Shown: positions 1 to 8,660, counted from the first letter of the stretch. The stretch: 20,000 nucleotides of DNA from an uncultured virus (IMG/VR IMGVR_UViG_3300034735_000012) (IMGVR_UViG_3300034735_000012); one strand, 5' to 3'. Numbers and translations are program-made. Notes: generated from the sequence alone by a model not told the origin.

Positions 1-79
1 AGCAGTATGAAAATGCAAATTGGTACGTGAAAGCTAGCGTAAATCCTATAGAGAAAAAAAGGTGAAATGGAGGAAGAAA

Positions 80-307
80 ATGGATAGTCGATTGTCAATC
101 GAGGAACTAGCAAAACGGTGGCGTTGCACTGTTGGTACATTATACTTGTGGCGGCATCGTAAGCTAGGTGTAAAGCATCATAAAGAGGGTCGTAAGTTAT
201 TTTATGATCTAGCTGATGTTGAGGAATATGAACGTAAAAACTGGAGCGTTAGAGCTACCCCATTAGAATATAACATTGCAGTGAACTGCAAAGGGAGTGA
301 AAAGTGA
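80..307 (+). CDS. Excisionase/AlpA-like helix-turn-helix DNA-binding protein
   Basis: LSIEELAKRWRCTVGTLYLWRHRKLG...GRKLFYDLADVEEY is a typical Xis/MerR-type HTH pattern. ATG at 80 follows a GGAGG RBS; the ORF track starts at GTG 62. Confidence 0.8.
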   Translation: MDSRLSIEELAKRWRCTVGTLYLWRHRKLGVKHHKEGRKLFYDLADVEEYERKNWSVRATPLEYNIAVNCKGSEK

Positions 308-618
308 AATTTGAATTGACACCACTACAGATAGGTAGATTTGAATCTGTTAAAGAATATGTTGCTAATTATAACGTACATATTAGTGATTTAGCAAGCA
401 ATTTTAACAAATGTAGGACTATGCCTGAATCAGAATTTTATGAATCTGAAATCTACAAGGAAGCAATGGCAAATGCAAGGGCAATCGTTTTACGCACCCT
501 TAAAGAGCCTTTCTTGTTTGATATAACTTGCATCGATACTTTAAAATCACGCTATAGAAATAAGTTAGCACATGAGTTCTCTTGCCAGTGCATTAATTTG
601 TTATTTGCTATTAATTAA
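304..618 (+). CDS. Hypothetical protein (104 aa)
   Basis: ORF overlaps the upstream stop (GTGA coupling) and has a GGAG RBS. Confidence 0.65.
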   Translation: MKFELTPLQIGRFESVKEYVANYNVHISDLASNFNKCRTMPESEFYESEIYKEAMANARAIVLRTLKEPFLFDITCIDTLKSRYRNKLAHEFSCQCINLLFAIN

Positions 619-631
619 AAGGAATTGAAAA

Positions 632-922
632 ATGAATACGGAATATTTATTAGCCGAGTTAGACGATATAGACGAGTTTAGTTATCGTGATAGCAGAGTT
701 ATAGGACATATTAAAAGTTTTGTGAATGTTTTGTCAAACCATATTGTTTATATTGCAGACTATTCTAGTTATGCTAAAGAAAACACGTACCAAGACATAG
801 TAAATGGAAACATTACAAATTCTATTGATGTTGGGCGTATATATCAGCAATACTATTTAGACGCATTAATATCTGCATTAAGAGACAAAATTGATATTAT
901 AGCAAAAGAGTTAGTTGTTTGA
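632..922 (+). CDS. Hypothetical protein (96 aa)
   Basis: ORF with AAGGA RBS, co-directional in an apparent operon. Confidence 0.7.
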   Translation: MNTEYLLAELDDIDEFSYRDSRVIGHIKSFVNVLSNHIVYIADYSSYAKENTYQDIVNGNITNSIDVGRIYQQYYLDALISALRDKIDIIAKELVV

Positions 923-1504
923 TTGCAATTAGCCCGAATATTGAAATTTAAGCAAAAAAGGCTTATGAAAAAAATGTTTGAAGATATTGGCGTGGATATA
1001 GAAAGCAATAGGCTTTTAGATAGTACAGAACATCTGAACCGTGATTACAGCTATTCAAGTGCGAATCACAGAGGATACAAAACTATCAATATTGAAGCAA
1101 AACAGGCTGTAAAAGCAGAAAAGGGTACTTTTGATGATATAGATATAGGCATACATTTTGCTATATTTGATCGTGCAAATGTTTCTGATGATAGATTAAT
1201 CACTGCTATGCTAGCATTGCATAATATAGCTGTCCGTGATGTTGTTGATCGTTTTCAACATGATTATGCGTATGAAGAAGCTGATGATATTTTTGCTGAA
1301 ATTAAAAGCGAGTTAGAGAAGTCTGGCTATATAATTTCTGATTTTCAATCTTCTATAATACGAGAAATAGAAGATCGATCAGACATGAAGATTGAATTTA
1401 ACATTAAAAAAGATGACCGTGTTTTTTTCTTCGTATCTATTAAAGGATTTTCATACGAGAGTTTTTTAATATTGTTTAAAAGTGTTTTGCTCAGTTTGAT
1501 ATAA
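923..1504 (+). CDS. Hypothetical acidic protein (start may be ATG 965)
   Basis: Long ORF in AT-rich DNA, contiguous with the upstream genes. Confidence 0.7.
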   Translation: MQLARILKFKQKRLMKKMFEDIGVDIESNRLLDSTEHLNRDYSYSSANHRGYKTINIEAKQAVKAEKGTFDDIDIGIHFAIFDRANVSDDRLITAMLALHNIAVRDVVDRFQHDYAYEEADDIFAEIKSELEKSGYIISDFQSSIIREIEDRSDMKIEFNIKKDDRVFFFVSIKGFSYESFLILFKSVLLSLI

Positions 1505-1582
1505 GGAGAAAAACTGAAAAAAATTCCTTATTCCCTTGATTCCCATGTGCGTGGGGATCAATCATTAATTGGAGTATAAATT

Positions 1583-2728
1583 ATGGCTCACAGAGCAAAA
1601 TTGTATACATATACAGAGATTTTACATCATTTGAAAACAGCAAAATCGTCTAGTCAAACTATATGTATATCAGTAGCTGAAAACCTATCTATTATATTTA
1701 GTACATCTGCCAATAATACTAGATATACAGTTGCAGGAATTCACATTAGCAATGAAAACAAGCAAAAACGATTTAGAGTTGTTACGCAAGAGTTGATTAG
1801 TCAACTAACTAGGAAACAATTTTATTGTTTGTTAACAGCTGTAAGGTTTGCTCAAGAAGATTTTGAAACACTACTGGATAAGTTGTATAAAATATATGAT
1901 TATCAGTCTGACAAATTAGTTAAGCAGTGCATAAAAGATTATAATAAAGCAAATAAAACTCAAGATGAATTTGAGGAAATAGAATTTATTAAGCATTGTT
2001 TAGCTAAAAAGCTCAACGTACGTAGCTTGCAGGAGAGTCTAGCTAAAATATATAAAACAGAAATAACATCTAAAAACCATTATGATAGGCAAGATCAATT
2101 AACAGTATTATTAGATTTTTGCATAGAACATGATTTAAAAGCTAAAAAGATCAAATACGGGGTGTTTTTCAACAGCGGATATTATCTAGCAGTAAACTAC
2201 ACGTATAGTCAAAAAACTAAAGACAAGCATGAGTTTTTGCATAGCTATAAAAGGCTAAATAATTTTATTAAAAGCAACCACAAATTCCACTATGTATCTG
2301 AGCATCTATCACAAAAAACATTGTTAGCAATGAAATTGAATATATTGATAGGTGTTGCCCCCATTCACTCTTTATTAGACACAAAAATTGAAGATATTTG
2401 TGATGACTATATATCTGTTGGTGGCAAAAAATATACATTAAGCGAAGAAGCTAAAGATGTTATTAAACAGCTGGCAGGCAGAAAATATTTATTAGAAAAG
2501 GAGGACGGAAGTAGAGTTAAAGGAGCAACTGTTTTTACTGTTATTATTGCGGAACTAGATTTAGAGCATCATTCTCTAAGAGCAATTATATTCTATATGT
2601 TGGAGGCAATTTCAGATAGCTATACAGCTAGGAAAATTCAATATAGAGACCGAAGATATAGAGAGAAAAATACTAGCAAATCTATAAAAGAAGTGCTGGA
2701 TTTATTTGCTAAAAAATTAGCATTTTAA
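1583..2728 (+). CDS. Divergent, probably inactive tyrosine recombinase (P4-like integrase fold)
   Basis: 381 aa. LAMKLNILIGVAP resembles box I (L..LTG.R with R>A); YTLSEEAKDVIKQL resembles the PLS..A..IL patch; HHSLR matches H-x-x-R. C-terminal helix resembles P4 integrases. GGAG RBS. Confidence 0.6.
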   Translation: MAHRAKLYTYTEILHHLKTAKSSSQTICISVAENLSIIFSTSANNTRYTVAGIHISNENKQKRFRVVTQELISQLTRKQFYCLLTAVRFAQEDFETLLDKLYKIYDYQSDKLVKQCIKDYNKANKTQDEFEEIEFIKHCLAKKLNVRSLQESLAKIYKTEITSKNHYDRQDQLTVLLDFCIEHDLKAKKIKYGVFFNSGYYLAVNYTYSQKTKDKHEFLHSYKRLNNFIKSNHKFHYVSEHLSQKTLLAMKLNILIGVAPIHSLLDTKIEDICDDYISVGGKKYTLSEEAKDVIKQLAGRKYLLEKEDGSRVKGATVFTVIIAELDLEHHSLRAIIFYMLEAISDSYTARKIQYRDRRYREKNTSKSIKEVLDLFAKKLAF

Positions 2729-2766
2729 TAATTAAATTTAACTTAAATTAACTTAATGGATACAAT

Positions 2767-3732
2767 ATGTTTTTATCAGAAATTGAAAAATTACTAGGAA
2801 ATGATGGTTTTAGATATTTAGATATGGAAGCAGAATTTAATAAAAATGAATGTCTTTTTTATATTTATTTGATTGCGGAGAATATTAAGCAACCAGAGAT
2901 AAGATTTAAAGTTTCTTATACTACAAATTCTTTATATGAAAAAGACGTTAGCGACGTTGACGTTAAGAGAAAAAAATATCTGTTTAGCGTTGGTGGTGTA
3001 TGGTTTTTTGGTGTTTTTAGAAAACTCTATATTGAGAATGTAGATATCATAGATGATGTTTCTAGCAAGGACTCTTTAGGCAGAAATAAAGATTTCCTTA
3101 TTAGGAATTTAATATCTGACATTATCGTAAAAAAATATGATATGTCTGAGAAGTCGATAAAAGATTTGTTTTTATCCAGACCTGATTTTGAAAAAGAACT
3201 TAAATTTATCGCACATAAAAGTTATTACAAAAAGGGTTCAGAATTTAAAGGGGCATCTAAAAAACAAATTGAATACGGCTCAAGCATGAAATCTAAAAAA
3301 TTAATTTTGTTTGATAGATTAATGAGTGATTTAGATGTTTACAAAGATGAACGATTGAAAGAGTACGAAGTGGATCTTGATATCGACGATATCTATTATC
3401 GCTATAATGAGACAAAAGAGTACATTAATATAGCATATGAAAAAATAAAATCTGCAAAAGAAATGATCCTTGGGAATTTAGAAGCAAAGTTTTGGATTGA
3501 GTTAAAAGTTTTTGACTTGTTTGCTATTGATAAAAAGTATCGTAATAGAGAAAAAGATGTTAGTAATTTACCAGAATTTAATAGGGGCTATCGTACGTTA
3601 GTAATGAATGAAAGATATGGTCATAAACTAGACCGTAAGGCTGTATTTGAGAATGTATTTGATTGTGCTAGCGAATGGAATTTGACTGACGTAGAAGCAT
3701 TGAAAAATATGTTTTCTGGTAAAAAAGATTAA
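2767..3732 (+). CDS. Hypothetical protein (321 aa)
   Basis: Long ORF followed by a terminator; no recognised motif. Confidence 0.75.
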   Translation: MFLSEIEKLLGNDGFRYLDMEAEFNKNECLFYIYLIAENIKQPEIRFKVSYTTNSLYEKDVSDVDVKRKKYLFSVGGVWFFGVFRKLYIENVDIIDDVSSKDSLGRNKDFLIRNLISDIIVKKYDMSEKSIKDLFLSRPDFEKELKFIAHKSYYKKGSEFKGASKKQIEYGSSMKSKKLILFDRLMSDLDVYKDERLKEYEVDLDIDDIYYRYNETKEYINIAYEKIKSAKEMILGNLEAKFWIELKVFDLFAIDKKYRNREKDVSNLPEFNRGYRTLVMNERYGHKLDRKAVFENVFDCASEWNLTDVEALKNMFSGKKD

Positions 3733-3750
3733 AATAATTTTTAATTACTT

Positions 3751-3771
3751 GCCTAGTTTTCTAGGCTTTTT
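3751..3771 (+). terminator. Rho-independent terminator
   Basis: GCCTAG-TTTT-CTAGGC followed by TTTTT, about 20 nt after the stop of 2767..3732. Confidence 0.7.
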
Positions 3772-3893
3772 GTAGGAGTTAATATGTATATGAAAAATTC
3801 ATCTTGTCTTTTGATAATGTTAATCAGAATATTGCACTGGCTACACTGTTACGCATGGTTAGCAAAAAGTGCCGTAAAACCCGTTAATTTATT

Positions 3894-4025
3894 CTGTTCA
3901 CTGGGAATTTTTTTTAATAGATAATATTAGCCTGTACACTGGGAATTTTTTTTAATAGATAATATTAGTCTGTACACTGGTAGTTTTTTTTAATAGATAA
4001 TATTAGTCTGTACACTGGTAGTTTT
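3894..4025. repeat. 38-bp tandem repeat, about 3.5 copies
   Basis: Units start at 3894, 3932, 3970 and 4008; consensus CTGTACACTGG(G/T)A(A/G)TTTTTTTTAATAGATAATATTAG(C/T). Confidence 0.95.
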
Positions 4026-4031
4026 CAAGTG

Positions 4032-4071
4032 AGTTTGTGAATGATAAATCGTAAAATATCATTCACAAACT
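4032..4071. other. Perfect 15-bp inverted repeat (hairpin; possible terminator or binding site)
   Basis: AGTTTGTGAATGATA-N10-TATCATTCACAAACT. Confidence 0.85.
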
Positions 4072-4164
4072 GTTTTACCTAGTAGTTCACTTTTGAGTTA
4101 TGTATGTTTAATGCCATCACGGATAAGTCGATATCATCAAATAATTTTTGTGCTTCTGTATGGT

Positions 4165-4542
4165 TCATTTTTTACCTTTTTTGCATTGTTCTTCCGCTTC
4201 ATCAAGCGTTAAAGTTTGTAGATTTTTGAAGTGTAAAATGTCAAGCAAATCCATTAGAGTTTTCGGTCTTTTCATATCAATAGCACCATGTATTTCAGCA
4301 CATATAGCTGTAAATAGTATATTACCATCTACCGATTTTTTTGAACCTAATGCTAACTCTGATATTTTATACATTAAAGAGGCATCGTAAGATTGGCTTA
4401 CAATTTTTATAGCGAACTCAACATCAGTGTATAAAGCCTCCAATAGTGGTTTGATTCCTCTCATAAGTTTGCCGTAAAATAATTCTTTAACTTTGTTTAG
4501 CTTTTCTGTTTCGTTCATCATTTCTATGTCTATTGTTTCCAT
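4165..4542 (-). CDS. Hypothetical protein (~125 aa)
   Basis: ATG 4542 (METIDIEM) has an AAGGA RBS; the ORF track extends to 4611, overlapping the upstream gene. Confidence 0.7.
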   Translation of the reverse strand: METIDIEMMNETEKLNKVKELFYGKLMRGIKPLLEALYTDVEFAIKIVSQSYDASLMYKISELALGSKKSVDGNILFTAICAEIHGAIDMKRPKTLMDLLDILHFKNLQTLTLDEAEEQCKKGKK

Positions 4543-4573
4543 AAAGTTCCTTTTTGAAATATCTTCACTACTG

Positions 4574-5569
4574 TTACTTTTCTTTTGGCAACATATTAGG
4601 AGTTTTTTCAATTAGTTCTGGATATTTTTTATACATCTTAGAAAAATGCTCTTTTAGCTTAGATTTACTATATGAATAGCATTTCCAAACAGTATACTTT
4701 TGCTCAAGTATATTTTTTCTTTCAAAAAATGATAGTATTCCTCTAAAGATTTCTCTGGTTTCATCATCACAGCAATCTGAACCATAAAACATATTTATAG
4801 AAAGAAATATAAAAAAATCTCTTGATTCAGAAGTTTGAAATCCTATTTTATTTTCTTTCATGTAGTTAATAATAGCTAACATTTCAGGCAGTACTTTTCT
4901 ATGCCATTTTCTTACTGATTCTGGTAAAGTATTGCGAACATTAATGTATTCAGCAGGGTATCGCCTCCTGTTTTCCTCCTCTTTTTCTCTGTACATGCGA
5001 TCATCTTCTTCAAATTGATCTTCGTAAGGTACTCTCTCTGAGTACCTTATTTTTGATAGATTAAAGTAATCTTTTATGCAGTTTTCTTTTCTTTCATTGA
5101 ATTCAATTTGCCCTTTCTCTTTTCTAACTGTAAGTAGATTTGCGTGTGAGAAAAATGTTGGATTAAGAATAAATCCGTTGGCAGGAAACCTATCCTTTGA
5201 TGTTATAGAAGAAATAAAATAACCTCTAATATAATCTAGTTTCTCTAGCTTTTCTATTATTTCAAACGCTCTCTTTAAAGTGTATTTTTCTTCAAAATTG
5301 GCTATTTTTTCAGGCGTTATAGTTGCTTTTTTGAAGCTACTAGTAGAAGTTCTAAAATGTCCGTATTTTATACCAAGAGTCCTCTTTTGCATATCTAATA
5401 AAAAATAAAACTCCTCTTTTGATAAATCGTTTATTTTCTCTAGGTTTTTTTGTGTTTTATAGAATGTTTCTACAAAAACTTTTTTCAGTTTGTAATGTTT
5501 AATTAACGGTGTTGGGTTTAATTGCAAAATTTTACATGCCATATATATATCTCTGAATATCTTGTTCAA
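4574..5569 (-). CDS. Protein with N-terminal RepL-like winged-helix region and unknown C-terminal domain
   Basis: DLSKEEFYFLLDM...LEKLDYI...GFILNPTFF parallels the motifs of the neighbouring RepL-like proteins. Confidence 0.5.
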   Translation of the reverse strand: MNKIFRDIYMACKILQLNPTPLIKHYKLKKVFVETFYKTQKNLEKINDLSKEEFYFLLDMQKRTLGIKYGHFRTSTSSFKKATITPEKIANFEEKYTLKRAFEIIEKLEKLDYIRGYFISSITSKDRFPANGFILNPTFFSHANLLTVRKEKGQIEFNERKENCIKDYFNLSKIRYSERVPYEDQFEEDDRMYREKEEENRRRYPAEYINVRNTLPESVRKWHRKVLPEMLAIINYMKENKIGFQTSESRDFFIFLSINMFYGSDCCDDETREIFRGILSFFERKNILEQKYTVWKCYSYSKSKLKEHFSKMYKKYPELIEKTPNMLPKEK

Positions 5570-5601
5570 CTAGCAAGCTAGCAGTACTAGCTAGCTTATT
5601 T

Positions 5602-6150
5602 TCAAGTTCCTGTTTTGGAATTTGGTGCTAAAGTTTTTTCATTTTCAACCGCTCTCAAGACCCGTGCTTTTCTCTTTTTTTCAGTTTTTTCAGTTTTAAT
5701 ATCTAAAGAAAAGTTAGGTTCTTTTTTAGGTCTGTGTTCTATTTTAATAGTTAATGATTTAAATGTATCATTTTTAGTCCGTATATCATACAATGTGCCT
5801 ACGTTGAAATATTTTGGATTAACCATGTAAGTGTTCCTGCTTACATTCACTATTAATCCCGCTTTTCTTAGATCACAAAGGCGAGCTGCTAGCGAACCTA
5901 ATGAGTCGTAACCAACATCTTCCATCAACCGTTTTCTCAACGCTGAATTCAAATAGATCATATTGTGTTTATCTATTCGTGTTGCTAATTGCTGAAACAA
6001 TACAATTTCTTTTGGGGAAAGGTTTTTGTATGTAGCAATATCGAAGAAAAATGCTTGTACCCAGTTGTTCTCTGGGTCATTTCTCAAGCCATCTTCTTTT
6101 TTACTTATTTTTTTGTCTATAATCTGCTTAACTGTAAGTTTTTTTGTCAT
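5602..6150 (-). CDS. RepL-like replication/maintenance protein (winged helix)
   Basis: NLSPKEIVLFQQL...NMIYLN...RLCDLRKAGLIVNVSRNTYMVNPKYF matches the RepL-family signature (Y.vNP.yf). ATG 6150 has a GAGGTG RBS. Confidence 0.7.
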   Translation of the reverse strand: MTKKLTVKQIIDKKISKKEDGLRNDPENNWVQAFFFDIATYKNLSPKEIVLFQQLATRIDKHNMIYLNSALRKRLMEDVGYDSLGSLAARLCDLRKAGLIVNVSRNTYMVNPKYFNVGTLYDIRTKNDTFKSLTIKIEHRPKKEPNFSLDIKTEKTEKKRKARVLRAVENEKTLAPNSKTGT

Positions 6151-6187
6151 ATAAGACACCTCAATTGTTACTTGCTTGCCGTAATGT

Positions 6188-6216
6188 ATAATAATGATTA
6201 TACAGTTTTTTGTCAA
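6188..6216 (-). promoter_or_regulatory. Sigma70-type promoter for the 6150 gene, overlapped by an inverted repeat
   Basis: Minus strand TTGACA (6216-6211), 17 nt, TATTAT (6193-6188). Inverted repeat GTATAAT-AATG-ATTATAC at 6186-6203. Confidence 0.65.
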
Positions 6217-6270
6217 CATTAATTACTCTGATTCAGTAATAATAAAATAAATATTAAAAAATATTATCGA

Positions 6271-6324
6271 ATTTCGTAACTGTTTTCGTAATGATTTTCG
6301 TAATGATTTTCGTAATGATTTTCG
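6271..6324. repeat. 12-bp tandem repeat (iteron-like)
   Basis: TTTTCGTAATGA at 6283, 6295 and 6307, partial copy at 6319, degenerate copy at 6271. Confidence 0.95.
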
Positions 6325-6431
6325 CAAAAAATCCAAAAAACCTTTTTAACTTTTTGATATCTATCAAAAGCACCGTATTTATGCGGTTTACAGACTATAA
6401 ACAACAAACGACAGTTTATGTCTATAGCTTG

Positions 6432-6522
6432 AGATCATTACCCACTCCGTAATGATCTTCGCCACATCATTACCCACTCCGTAATGATCTCCGATAGATC
6501 ATTACCCACTCCGTAATGATCT
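6432..6522. repeat. Three 27-bp palindromic repeats with a 32-bp period
   Basis: AGATCATTAC-CCACTCC-GTAATGATCT at 6432, 6464 (one mismatch) and 6496; 5-nt linkers TCGCC and CCGAT. Confidence 0.95.
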
Positions 6523-7053
6523 TATTTTGTAAAAATCTTCTACACACGGTATAAACAAAGGGCTACAGCCGATTTTTCGCTTCCCTTGGGCTGTTGATCT
6601 GTTCTCTGCTTTTTTCATTACGTTAGTTCTCCGAGATTCGCATTCGGTCATATCACGTTACTAGCCCGCCGAAAATGTATAATGGTATTTGAGTCTTTCC
6701 CAAAGGGTTGCGAGTAATTTTAAAATCTGCTGGGGCAGATGTTTAAAATGACATACGCATTAAAAACTAAAAGATAGGTATTTTTTGAAGCTTTATTTCA
6801 AATAGCTTTAAAAAATATTTATTGATAGGTAGGTCATAGATATGTTGTTGATATCTAAATTGTTCGTAAGGTTTATAACAGCCAAGTGATTTTTTCATAA
6901 ATTTTCCGTAATCTGAAAAACTCCAACAGCTTTAAAACCCTTATAAAATATGCTATTTACTAGTAGTACCATTGTACCTATTTGGCTATTGGACTAACTA
7001 AAATAGGTAGCTACTCTTAGTAAAACAAGCACTAAAAATTACAAGGAATTTTC

Positions 7054-7581
7054 ATGGTAAATGATAAATCAGATAATGAAAAGCAATATCTGCTTGATAT
7101 TATTAATAATGTTTCTGTATATTTAAAAAACACTAAATTTAAAAATACAGGATTTAATATGAAATTCATCGACACACTTAGACCAGAGACGACAAAATTG
7201 CTTGGTCGTTTTGATGTAACTCCTGAATTTTTATTGAATTTAGTTTTGATAATTAGAATGATGGATATCCCAGAAAGTAAAGTTTGCTTAATACTGTGTT
7301 TATTTGATGAATTAACAGATAAAGCTGTTTTATTATTAGATAAAAACGTACGTAAACGGATAATGCGTAAATCAAATTATACAAATCAGACAGTAAAAAA
7401 TAACTTGAAAATGTTTGTTAGAAAGAAATTTATGTTACGAATTGCTAATAATCATTATGAATTCAATCGAGAGTTGTTTGGTATAGGTAATTATGATTTT
7501 ATAAAAAATACTGGTACGTATCGATTAGAGGTTGATATTGAATCTGAAATAGTTTCTATCAACACCAATTTGTCTAGGTAA
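7054..7581 (+). CDS. RepL-like winged-helix protein (second paralogue)
   Basis: VLLLDKNVRKRIMRKSNYTNQTVKNNLKMFVRKKFMLRIANNHYEFNRELFG aligns by eye with MIYLNSALRKRLMEDVGY...YMVNPKYF of the 6150 protein. AAGGA RBS. Confidence 0.65.
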   Translation: MVNDKSDNEKQYLLDIINNVSVYLKNTKFKNTGFNMKFIDTLRPETTKLLGRFDVTPEFLLNLVLIIRMMDIPESKVCLILCLFDELTDKAVLLLDKNVRKRIMRKSNYTNQTVKNNLKMFVRKKFMLRIANNHYEFNRELFGIGNYDFIKNTGTYRLEVDIESEIVSINTNLSR

Positions 7582-7623
7582 TTGAATTTGCTAAACAGAA
7601 AAAACCCTAAACACGGAGTGTAG

Positions 7624-8028
7624 ATGAGCTTTGACGAAAAATATGAAAATTTCAAAAACAATTTAGATTTAGATATTAATAATCTAACTATTTTTTTTGA
7701 AAATAAAGAAGATTGTGAGACATTTGATAAAATTCTGAGTGTACTGGACAAAGGTTCGCCAGAAGATGATGGAATGATTTTTTCATACCTTGAGGGTGCT
7801 AAGGCAGGTATCCGTGAATTAATTAATTCTGAAAAAGGGAACATGAGAATGTTTTATGATGTATTAGATAAGCATCATCAGGATTGTTATTTTGAAAATG
7901 TAACTACAGTAATGCAGAATAATTACATCAATGTTTGCCTGTATATTTACAGGAAGCATTTCAAAGAAAATAAAGATATTGATAAGGATATTGTTAAAAA
8001 GTTGAATGAGAAGTATCTAAAAGAATAG
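7624..8028 (+). CDS. Hypothetical protein (134 aa)
   Basis: ORF with GGAG RBS; N-terminus resembles 8197..8559. Confidence 0.75.
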   Translation: MSFDEKYENFKNNLDLDINNLTIFFENKEDCETFDKILSVLDKGSPEDDGMIFSYLEGAKAGIRELINSEKGNMRMFYDVLDKHHQDCYFENVTTVMQNNYINVCLYIYRKHFKENKDIDKDIVKKLNEKYLKE

Positions 8029-8196
8029 TATTTCGTGTCTAACTCAAGAATATCGTTTAACTTTATTTAAACTTTAGTATTTGTATAACTTTTGCCAAAT
8101 CGTTTAAATTTGGCATGTTTTTGAAAGGATTAGATCAAATGTGTGAAGTGCGTAAAGAGACCAATGGAAATTATAACTTCGAGCAATCTTTTCCAG

Positions 8197-8559
8197 TCAA
8201 TCAATCTCAATCGGCATGATTGCCAGTATAGCTTCTTTTGTATTTTTATTACCCTTTGCATAATTAACAACTATTGTTTTTGCAAAACTGAGATACATTT
8301 TCATTTCCAACTCGCCACATATTTTTTTCATTGTAAACCGATCATTTACACTGTTAAATAAGTCATCATAGTTTTCTTTAAATATACCTCTTATAAAGGT
8401 TTCATATCTGTAAATAGCTTTATTTATACGGCTATAAAATTCATAACTATTTTTAATTTTTAATTGTGCATCTTCGTCTGGCAATGTTTCTTTAAAAATA
8501 TTTTCAACACTTAAATCAACATTATTTATAAAATTGATAATTTGTTTTTTAAAATTCAC
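8197..8559 (-). CDS. Hypothetical protein (120 aa)
   Basis: GTG start with GGAG RBS; TATAAT upstream (8597-8592). Confidence 0.7.
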   Translation of the reverse strand: MNFKKQIINFINNVDLSVENIFKETLPDEDAQLKIKNSYEFYSRINKAIYRYETFIRGIFKENYDDLFNSVNDRFTMKKICGELEMKMYLSFAKTIVVNYAKGNKNTKEAILAIMPIEID

Positions 8560-8631
8560 TATATCAGCTCCGTTACAACTTTGAAGTTTTTATTATACAA
8601 CTGAAATTGAAAAAGTAAAAAAATCGCAAAA

Positions 8632-8660
8632 TTGACACCGTCGTTGGCAAGATTTACACT
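8632..8660 (+). promoter_or_regulatory. Sigma70-type promoter with no long downstream + ORF
   Basis: TTGACA (8632-8637), 17 nt, TACACT (8655-8660). Confidence 0.55.

Noticed and set aside
2729..2758. TTAAAT(T)TAAC short repeats
   Set aside because: Low-complexity AT sequence that could arise by chance.
3894..4025. CRISPR array
   Set aside because: Units are contiguous, with no unique spacers.
6432..6522. Mini CRISPR array (palindromic 27-bp repeats)
   Set aside because: Linkers are only 5 nt, far too short for spacers, and no cas genes are in the window.
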